From Desulfomonilia bacterium (GTDB lineage: Bacteria; Desulfobacterota; Desulfomonilia; UBA1062), in the NCBI GenBank assembly GCA_050014195.1, contig JBEKDT010000014.1, positions 32,001 to 96,000 of the forward strand: 64,000 nucleotides of DNA, in the 5' to 3' direction. The translations under genes were made by a program, and so were the position numbers. This document shows positions 56,831 through 64,000 of this stretch, piece by piece; within the stretch, counting starts at the first letter, position 1; each line of letters starts with the position of its first letter. Under the pieces are notes generated by a model. It searched no databases, was not told the DNA's origin, and saw only the letters and a program-made list of their open reading frames with translations.

Positions 56831-57061
56831 ATGGAAGGAGACTATCTTTTGGAGATACTCGAGATCCTTGAAGAAAAGATATACGAATTAGTCGAAACAG
56901 TGAATAGCCTGAAAAAAACAAATGAAGAATTGACTATTAAGCTCAAAGAAAAGGAGGAAGAGGCAAGAGGGTTAAAGCGGGAGATGGACAATCTCTTGGG
57001 AGAGAAAGAACAGGTCAAACAGAAGGTGGCACACCTGATCAAGTGCGTGGAAGTATTGTAA
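56831..57061 (+). CDS. zapB: ZapB-like coiled-coil cell division protein
   Basis: Short heptad coiled coil (LEEKI..LVE.V..LK) directly upstream of zapA. Confidence 0.65.
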   Translation: MEGDYLLEILEILEEKIYELVETVNSLKKTNEELTIKLKEKEEEARGLKREMDNLLGEKEQVKQKVAHLIKCVEVL

Positions 57062-57065
57062 GATT

Positions 57066-57347
57066 TTGTACGACACAGTAACCATACAGATACTCGGGCA
57101 GGAATATAAGGTGAAGGCTGGGGGGGACACGAGCCACATTCAGTCATTGTCGAGATATATCAATGAGAAGGTGTTTGATGTTCAGCAAAGAGGCACTGCA
57201 GTGACGACAACGGAACTGGTGGCAATGGTCATGTTGCATATGGCCGATGATGTGGCAAAGACACGTCAGGAACTGGAGACAGTAAAACGTACGTTTACGG
57301 AAAAGATAGATCAGCTGATAGCACATATTGACAAGGCAACGAAATGA
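57066..57347 (+). CDS. zapA: Cell division protein ZapA
   Basis: VTIQILGQEYKV...YINEK...MLHMADD. Confidence 0.85.
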   Translation: MYDTVTIQILGQEYKVKAGGDTSHIQSLSRYINEKVFDVQQRGTAVTTTELVAMVMLHMADDVAKTRQELETVKRTFTEKIDQLIAHIDKATK

Positions 57348-57369
57348 AGAAGATACGGCCAGCCCCGGC

Positions 57370-57546
57370 CCTGATGCAATACCTCCCGAGTCATCGAGGA
57401 TATGGGACATCGCCATGACTCATGTTGGGAAAAGGGTTTTGCGCTAAGAGGAAAACCTAACTTGTAAGCACATACGGCGAGCGAAGCAAGACCTCATAAG
57501 GTCTTCATACGATCCTGTGTCGGTATAGCCTCAATAGAGGTTTCCT
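57370..57546 (+). ncRNA. ssrS: 6S RNA (boundaries approximate)
   Basis: Conserved position between zapA and the 5-formyl-THF cyclo-ligase gene. End-to-end complementarity (GAGGATAT..GACA with TGTC..TATAGCCTC). Confidence 0.65.
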
Positions 57547-57593
57547 TGCGAAATCTTAATCTTCCACACATCCCCTTCTTGAACCGGGGGAAT

Positions 57594-58148
57594 ATGCAGA
57601 GCAAGTCGGAAATACGCAAAGCAATGCTTGCGAGACGTCAAGCAATTGCCGAGGGTGAGCGGATACGCCACGAACAGGCGATTATTGAGCACATCCAGGC
57701 ACTGCCATGTTTTGCTAAAGCGGCCTCCATGGCTCTGTACATGCCCGTTAAGGGGGAGGTAAGCCTGCTTTCCCTGTGGCGACCTGGTGAAAGACTGATT
57801 CTCTTTCCAAAGGTATCGAATGAAATTCTCGTCTTTTCATCTGCCGTATCAAAAGAGGATTTTAGGCAGGGGGCTTACGGAATTCCTGAGCCCATCTCAA
57901 GCAGAAACATGGAAATAAGCGAGATCGATGTGATTTTTGTCCCGGGAATTGCCTTTGACCCGTACGGCCACCGGCTTGGGTACGGGAAAGGCTATTACGA
58001 CAGGCTGATCGGAAAGCATCCGGACGTAACCTTTATCGGTGTTTGTTCGGATGAATTCTGCATCGAAAGCCTGCCGGTTGACCCCTGGGATACACGAGTC
58101 GATTTCGTGGTATCCCAAGCCGGAATATATAAAAGTGAGGTGGAATGA
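57594..58148 (+). CDS. ygfA: 5-formyltetrahydrofolate cyclo-ligase
   Basis: K..IRK, YGIPEP, VPGIAFD..G.RLGYGKGYYDR and PWD motifs. Confidence 0.93.
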   Translation: MQSKSEIRKAMLARRQAIAEGERIRHEQAIIEHIQALPCFAKAASMALYMPVKGEVSLLSLWRPGERLILFPKVSNEILVFSSAVSKEDFRQGAYGIPEPISSRNMEISEIDVIFVPGIAFDPYGHRLGYGKGYYDRLIGKHPDVTFIGVCSDEFCIESLPVDPWDTRVDFVVSQAGIYKSEVE

Positions 58149-59698
58149 TGGAACTTGTATACATAATCATAGCACTGATTGCCGGTGCTGCAATCGGGTT
58201 CGTCGTGAACCTTTTTATCAAGGGCAAAGCCATCCATGATGCAAAAATAGAGTCTGCAGGCAGAATCGAAGATGCTGGAAAGAAGGCGGCAAACATTATC
58301 TCAGATTCACAGCTTGAGGCAAAGGAGATCATCTTCGCCGCCAAGACCCAGAGCGATGCAGAGGCCAAGGAACGCCTGAAAGAAGTATCAGCCATAGAAA
58401 AAAGGATCCACCAGCGCGAGGAGATGATCGATAACAAGCTCGTCCAGTTCGATAAGCGTGAACAGGAGATCAGAAAGAACGAACAGTCAATCACCGACAG
58501 GACAAAGTACCTTGATAACATGAAGGCCGAAGTTGAAACCCTTAGGGTCCAGCAGATTCAGAAACTTGAGCAGATCAGCGGCATGGACTCAAGGCAGGCC
58601 AAGGAGGAGCTCATACAATCGCTTGAGAGCGAGGCAAGGCATGAGGCGGCTAAGCTCTTAAAACAGATCCAGGACGAGGCCGAGGCGGAAGCGGACAAGC
58701 GTGCCAAGAGGATCCTGTCCACCGCCATCCAGCGATATTCCACCGATGTAGTGAGTGCCCGGACGGTCTCGGTAGTGAACCTGCCGAGCGAGGAGATGAA
58801 AGGCCGCATTATCGGCCGTGAAGGGCGCAATATCCGCTCCTTAGAGGCTGTTACCGGTGTGGACCTCATCATCGACGACACCCCTGACGCCGTGATTCTA
58901 TCCAGTTTCGACCCTATCAAGCGAGAGATCGCACGGCTCTCCCTGGAGACACTCGTAGTAGACGGCAGGATCCACCCATCACGCATTGAGGATGTGGTGG
59001 AGAAAGTCACCAAGGAGATCAATGACAATATCTGGGAGGCCGGGCAACAGGCCACCTTCGAACTCGGCCTGCACGGGATAAACCCAGAGCTTATCAAGCT
59101 GATTGGGAAACTCAAATATCGCACGAGCTTCTCCCAGAATGTGTACCAGCATTCCCTGGAGGTTTCACACCTCTGCGGCATCATCGCTGCGGAATTGGGT
59201 GTGAACCAGAAGACCGCCAAGCGAGTAGGTCTGTTGCACGACATTGGAAAGGCCGTGGACCACGAAGTGGAGGGCTCGCACGCCATCATAGGCGCTGATA
59301 TCGCGAAGCGTTATGGTGAGTCCACCAAGGTGGTGGAGGCCATAGCCTCCCACCATAATGAGGCGCAGGTGAATTCCGTTTACGCATTCCTTGTGCAGGC
59401 TGCCGACTCCCTCTCCGCGGCCAGGCCCGGCGCCAGACGGGAGATGCTGGAAAACTACATCAAGAGACTCACCGAGCTCGAGGGGATCGCATGCTCCTTT
59501 GAAGGGGTATCCAAGGCATTCGCCGTCCAGGCAGGGAGAGAGGTGCGCGTCATGGTGGATGTGGAGAAGATCAGCGATGAAGGTGCCGACCTGATCGCCC
59601 AGGACATTACCAAGGCCATCGAGGAAAAGCTTACCTATCCCGGCCAGATCCGGGTGGTAGTGATTCGCGAGAGCAGGGCGGTGCGTTTCGCCAAATAA
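58145..59698 (+). CDS. rny: Ribonuclease Y
   Basis: N-terminal TM, coiled coil, KH domain MKGRIIGREGRNIR, HD motif LLHDIGK and SAARPGAR. Confidence 0.97.
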   Translation: MMELVYIIIALIAGAAIGFVVNLFIKGKAIHDAKIESAGRIEDAGKKAANIISDSQLEAKEIIFAAKTQSDAEAKERLKEVSAIEKRIHQREEMIDNKLVQFDKREQEIRKNEQSITDRTKYLDNMKAEVETLRVQQIQKLEQISGMDSRQAKEELIQSLESEARHEAAKLLKQIQDEAEAEADKRAKRILSTAIQRYSTDVVSARTVSVVNLPSEEMKGRIIGREGRNIRSLEAVTGVDLIIDDTPDAVILSSFDPIKREIARLSLETLVVDGRIHPSRIEDVVEKVTKEINDNIWEAGQQATFELGLHGINPELIKLIGKLKYRTSFSQNVYQHSLEVSHLCGIIAAELGVNQKTAKRVGLLHDIGKAVDHEVEGSHAIIGADIAKRYGESTKVVEAIASHHNEAQVNSVYAFLVQAADSLSAARPGARREMLENYIKRLTELEGIACSFEGVSKAFAVQAGREVRVMVDVEKISDEGADLIAQDITKAIEEKLTYPGQIRVVVIRESRAVRFAK

Positions 59699-59841
59699 GA
59701 ATTTTATCGGGGATTTAAGTCTTGCTCGTGGGCAACGGTAAAGAGCCCGCCTGATCGAGTCCCTTGCGGTATAGGGAAGGAGGGCGGCCGTGAGCGGTTA
59801 AAAAAAGCAAGACCTGACCCGTTCAAGGAAAGGGGTATATC

Positions 59842-61029
59842 GTGTTAGAGCAACAACTGGCTGAACTCAAACGGGGCATCGTTGACATCGTTTCTGAAGA
59901 AGAGCTCATAACCAAGCTTAAGAAGGGCAGGCCGCTGAAGATCAAAGTGGGATTCGACCCGACTGCCCCGGATATACACCTGGGGCATACGGTCGTACTC
60001 CAGAAGATGCGGCAGTTCCAGGATGCCGGGCACGATGTGATCTGCCTCATCGGTGATTTTACCGGCATGATCGGCGACCCGAGCGGTAGGAGCAGCACAA
60101 GGCCGCCGCTCACCCGGCAGGAGGTCTTGGAAAATGCAAAGACCTACCAGGAACAGGTGAAGAAGATTCTCGACCCCAAGCGCACGATTATGAGGTTCAA
60201 CTCCGAATGGATGGATAATATGGTTGTTGCCGATTTCATCAAGCTCACCTCAGTTCAGACGGTTGCCAGGATGCTGGAGCGGGACGACTTCAAAAAGCGT
60301 TTTCAATCGCAGCACCCCATCAGCATCCACGAGTTTCTCTATCCCTTTGTCCAGGGCTATGATTCCGTGGCGTTAGAGGCCGATGTGGAGCTGGGCGGCA
60401 CCGACCAGGTCTTCAACCTGCTCATGGGCCGCGAGGTACAGAAGGCATACCACCAGGAGCCCCAGGTCATCATGACCCTGCCGCTGCTGGAAGGTACTGA
60501 CGGCGTCCAGAAGATGAGCAAGTCCTATAATAACTACATCGGAGTGGATGATGCCCCTTCCGACATGTATGGCAAGGTCATGTCCATCTCGGATGAGCTC
60601 ATGTGGAAGTATTATGAACTGCTCAGCTCAAGGACAATTCCGCAGATCGAAGGGATGAAGCAGGCTGTTGAAACGAGTACGCTGCATCCCATGGATGCCA
60701 AGATGAAGCTGGCTTATGAGATGGTTGAGCGGTTCCATGGCAGGGCCCATGCGGATGCAGCCAGGGATGGTTTTGTGAAGGTGTTCAAATCCCGCGAACT
60801 GCCTGAAGATATGCCTGTTCTCACCCTCAATATCGAAAGGCCGTGGATTTGTGCCGTTCTCAAGGAGGCAGGACTTGTGGCAGGAACCTCTGAGGCTAGG
60901 CGTATGATCTCCCAGGGGGCTGTCCAGATCAATGAAGAAAAGATCATTGATGGTGAGTATGTCCTCTCGAAGGGCAGCCATATCATCAAAGTGGGCAAGC
61001 GCAGATACGCTAGGGTGGAGATAGTCTAA
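59842..61029 (+). CDS. tyrS: Tyrosine--tRNA ligase
   Basis: [28 protein letters not shown] and a C-terminal S4 domain. Confidence 0.97.
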   Translation: MLEQQLAELKRGIVDIVSEEELITKLKKGRPLKIKVGFDPTAPDIHLGHTVVLQKMRQFQDAGHDVICLIGDFTGMIGDPSGRSSTRPPLTRQEVLENAKTYQEQVKKILDPKRTIMRFNSEWMDNMVVADFIKLTSVQTVARMLERDDFKKRFQSQHPISIHEFLYPFVQGYDSVALEADVELGGTDQVFNLLMGREVQKAYHQEPQVIMTLPLLEGTDGVQKMSKSYNNYIGVDDAPSDMYGKVMSISDELMWKYYELLSSRTIPQIEGMKQAVETSTLHPMDAKMKLAYEMVERFHGRAHADAARDGFVKVFKSRELPEDMPVLTLNIERPWICAVLKEAGLVAGTSEARRMISQGAVQINEEKIIDGEYVLSKGSHIIKVGKRRYARVEIV

Positions 61030-61094
61030 AGGGCCTGACCTGGATACCTCGATACGGGTATGGGGTCGGGGTGAGAGGTGATTGTCACACGGTG

Positions 61095-61643
61095 TTACTC
61101 GTCTTGGAGGATAACCTTTGACAAGTCTGGCCTGGCCCGAGGGAGGGTGATTTGTATTCGAGTCCCGGCAGGTCCGCTTGCAGGGTCGGCGTTTGATTCG
61201 ATGGTCAAATTGCCAGAATGTAATTTCACGGCCCCATAGGCGAACGGCAGCCCCAGGCCTGTCCCCTCACCAACGGGTTTTGTGGTGAAAAAGGGGGTGA
61301 AAAGCTTGTCCATATTCTCTCTCGAAATACCCCTGCCGGTATCTTGAATTATAATGACGACCTGGTCAACGCCACCTTGAACGCTTACAGCCAGTTCGCC
61401 TCCGTCCGGCATGGCCTCTATGGCATTGGTCTGAAGGTTCACCAGTGCCTTGAAGACCCGTTCTTCATCAATCCAAACCGAAGGGTCTGAAATATCCGTT
61501 GTCATTGATATTCGGATGTTATCCGGCTTTGGTAGGCTCCGGATGCTCTCTTCAGTCAGGGCGACGATATCCGTCTCCCTGCGTTTCAACCCCTGCAGGG
61601 CGGATTTTATATTTTCTTCATAATCAATGATATTCCTATCCAT
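61095..61643 (-). CDS. Stand-alone HATPase_c (histidine-kinase ATP-binding) domain protein
   Basis: N box NLQTNAIEA, DTGRGI, FTPFFTTK and GTGLGL. No HisKA H-box. Confidence 0.8.
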   Translation of the reverse strand: MDRNIIDYEENIKSALQGLKRRETDIVALTEESIRSLPKPDNIRISMTTDISDPSVWIDEERVFKALVNLQTNAIEAMPDGGELAVSVQGGVDQVVIIIQDTGRGISRENMDKLFTPFFTTKPVGEGTGLGLPFAYGAVKLHSGNLTIESNADPASGPAGTRIQITLPRARPDLSKVILQDE

Positions 61644-62023
61644 GAGTCCTTCCTCAAGGATATCCTTTCAGAGTTAACCTTGCAACCATTAGCACATTTC
61701 TCTTCTCTATACCTTCCCATTGACTCCTTATGAATAAAGTACTATATATTTTTTGAACACACGAATACAACATAAGGCAGACAACATACGATTTTCCGTT
61801 TCCTATTTCAACAAACCAAGTCTGAGAGAGACAGATATAAGAAGAGGTTTGCCGATTTTCTCAATATTTTTCTTAAAGATCACATACATATTGCGTGGAT
61901 AAAGCTGAACGGTGAACCACCATTCAGTTTATTCTTGATGCCTAAGAGAATGCATGATAAGGAAATAGGCTCGAAAGAGTCACGACAATCAAAGAGACTT
62001 AATACGCGATAGGGGGGTTTACC

Positions 62024-62530
62024 GTGGCAGCGATTGATAGTACCCAGGCGAGTGCGGGGTTGGCGGAGTTCACCTCTGAGCAACTTGCGCAGGTTGACAA
62101 AATCATTGCAGATCACAAAGGAAAACCAGGTGCCCTGATCCCTGTTCTCGAGCAGGTTCAGGAAATAACCGGGTATCTACCCATGTCCATCCAGATGAGG
62201 GTGGCTGACGGTCTCAGCCTACCCGTAGCGAACGTGTTCGGTGTTGTCACGTTCTACTCCTTCTTCACCATGATCCCAAGAGGCAAGCATGTTATCCGCG
62301 TATGCCTCGGTACGGCTTGTTATGTGAGGGGCGGACAGAGGGTTTTGGACAGGGTGGGTGATATTCTCAAGATCGCCCCGGGCGAATGCACGGATGACAG
62401 GAACTTCTCCCTGGAGACGGTGCGTTGCCTCGGCGCATGCGGTCTTGCACCCGTGGTGGTTGTCGATGCCGACACCCATGGGCAGGTAAAACCGGCCAAA
62501 CTCGAGCAGACGCTCGCGAAGTATAACTAG
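62024..62530 (+). CDS. NuoE/HndA/HydC-like [2Fe-2S] subunit
   Basis: VVTFYSFF, VCLGTACYVRG and RCLGACGLAP. Confidence 0.93.
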   Translation: MAAIDSTQASAGLAEFTSEQLAQVDKIIADHKGKPGALIPVLEQVQEITGYLPMSIQMRVADGLSLPVANVFGVVTFYSFFTMIPRGKHVIRVCLGTACYVRGGQRVLDRVGDILKIAPGECTDDRNFSLETVRCLGACGLAPVVVVDADTHGQVKPAKLEQTLAKYN

Positions 62531-62540
62531 AGGGGGCTCT

Positions 62541-62939
62541 ATGGCGAAGCTGACTATTGATGATCTGAAAAAGATAAAAGACAGGGTGGAGAAAGAGGAC
62601 CAGTTCAGGGCCGGTACGAAGCGCATCAAGCTCACCGTGCATATGGGCACCTGCGGTATCGCATCCGGCGCCAAGGAGATCCTTGACACCTTCATGAGCG
62701 AGATCAGTGAAAACAACGTTGGTGATATCCTTATCACCACCTCGGGTTGCATCGGCATCTGCAGCAGGGAGCCTTTGGCAACCCTCGAAGAGCAAGGCAA
62801 AGACGCAATCGTCTATGAATATCTAACCCCGAACAAGGCCAGGCAGATCTTCAAGCGCCATGTCATGAACGGCGAGGTGCAGAAGGATTTCGTCATGGCA
62901 CGGGGCACGGAACAAGACACGAAGGGGGTCCGTAAATGA
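62541..62939 (+). CDS. HndB-like thioredoxin-fold [2Fe-2S] ferredoxin subunit
   Basis: VHMGTCGIASGA and SGCIGICSREP. Confidence 0.88.
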   Translation: MAKLTIDDLKKIKDRVEKEDQFRAGTKRIKLTVHMGTCGIASGAKEILDTFMSEISENNVGDILITTSGCIGICSREPLATLEEQGKDAIVYEYLTPNKARQIFKRHVMNGEVQKDFVMARGTEQDTKGVRK

Positions 62940-64000
62940 AGGTTTTTCGAGCACATATACTTGTCTGCGGCGGTACAGGGTGCCATGCCACGGGCAGTGA
63001 AGATGTCCATAAAGCTATTGTCCAGGAGCTGGCTGCAAAGAATCTCTCAAACGAAGTAACCGTGGTGGAAACAGGCTGCAACGGGTTCTGCGCAGCAGGC
63101 CCCATCATGGTCATGTATCCGGAAGGAACGTTCTACCAGTATGTGAAGGCCCTTGACGTCCCCGAAATCATCGAGGAACACATCGTCAAAGGCAGGCCGG
63201 TCAAGAGGCTCATGTACAAGGAGCCCACCACCGAAACGCCCATCCCCCACATGCTGGACATCCCGTTCTTCGGCAAGCAGAAGCTCATTGTCCTGAAGAA
63301 CAGGGGTCTCATCGATGCCGAGAAGATCGATGAATACATTGCGCGCAACGGCTATATGGGCGCGGCCAAGGCCCTGACCGAGATGAGCAGGGAACAGGTC
63401 ATCGAAGAGGTAAAGAAATCCGGTCTTCGCGGCCGTGGGGGCGGAGGGTTCCCCACCGGTATGAAGTGGTCCTTTGCAAGCAAGGCAAAAAGCGATGTAA
63501 AATATATCCTCTGCAACGCCGACGAGGGCGACCCGGGCGCATTCATGGACAGATCCGTCCTTGAGGCCGACCCCCATGCCGTGCTTGAAGGCATGATCAT
63601 CGGCGGCTACTCCATCGGCGCCAACGAAGGCTACATTTACTGCCGTGCCGAGTACCCGCTCGCCATCAAACGGCTGACAATTGCCATCAACCAAGCCAGG
63701 GAATACGGGCTGCTCGGAGAAAACATCCTGGGCTCGGGCTACAGCCTGGACATCCATATCTACCAGGGCGCAGGAGCGTTCGTATGCGGCGAAGAGACGG
63801 CTCTCATGAACTCCATCGAGGGCAAGCGCGGCATGCCGCGCCCCCGCCCTCCGTTCCCTGCGAGCAAGGGCCTGTGGCAGAAGCCATCGGTCTTGAACAA
63901 CGTTGAGACCTTTGCAAACATCTCACAGATCATCCTCAATGGCGGCGAATGGTATGCCTCCATGGGTACCGAGCGCTCCAAGGGCACCAAGGTGTTCGCC
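62936..64000 (+). CDS. NuoF/HndC/HydB-like flavin subunit (3' truncated by window edge; absent from the ORF track)
   Basis: ATG 62936 gives MKVFRAHILVCGGTGC...GCNGFC...SGLRGRGGGGFPTG...CNADEGDPGAFMDR...GAGAFVCGEET...NNVET. Confidence 0.95.
   Translation, partial: MKVFRAHILVCGGTGCHATGSEDVHKAIVQELAAKNLSNEVTVVETGCNGFCAAGPIMVMYPEGTFYQYVKALDVPEIIEEHIVKGRPVKRLMYKEPTTETPIPHMLDIPFFGKQKLIVLKNRGLIDAEKIDEYIARNGYMGAAKALTEMSREQVIEEVKKSGLRGRGGGGFPTGMKWSFASKAKSDVKYILCNADEGDPGAFMDRSVLEADPHAVLEGMIIGGYSIGANEGYIYCRAEYPLAIKRLTIAINQAREYGLLGENILGSGYSLDIHIYQGAGAFVCGEETALMNSIEGKRGMPRPRPPFPASKGLWQKPSVLNNVETFANISQIILNGGEWYASMGTERSKGTKVFA

Noticed and set aside
1-64000. tRNA/rRNA genes, intact transposase or integrase, prophage, selenocysteine read-through
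   Set aside because: No supporting motifs were seen by eye. tRNAscan-SE and HMM searches would be needed to exclude them fully.

Overview
This is a 64 kb chromosomal window from an anaerobic bacterium, most likely Desulfobacterota/Deltaproteobacteria (inferred from gene order and content). Housekeeping and metabolic blocks include a TPP-riboswitch thiM-thiE-thiC-thiL operon, modABC-fmdE, a split UxaA/SuyAB-type lyase, aconitase-gltX, an orphan atpE, nfnAB, ychF, zapB-zapA-6S-ygfA-rny-tyrS and the start of a HndABC/HydABC-type operon. There are also many lipid, ester and aldehyde catabolic genes. The most unusual items are: (1) an MshEN (c-di-GMP)-PilT fusion with degenerate catalytic motifs; (2) an autoregulated wHTH + nucleotidyltransferase pair converging on a HEPN-motif gene, a candidate TA/defence module; (3) a non-acylating ALDH fused to an Fe-ADH beside two more ALDHs; (4) an apparently gene-less sigma-54 transcription unit, a candidate sRNA; (5) a Cache sensor with no output domain. 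Several unannotated gene remnants, stray integron-cassette-like genes and REP/MITE-like hairpins are also present. No tRNA, rRNA, CRISPR array or intact transposase was seen. All calls come from reading motifs by eye, without database searches.
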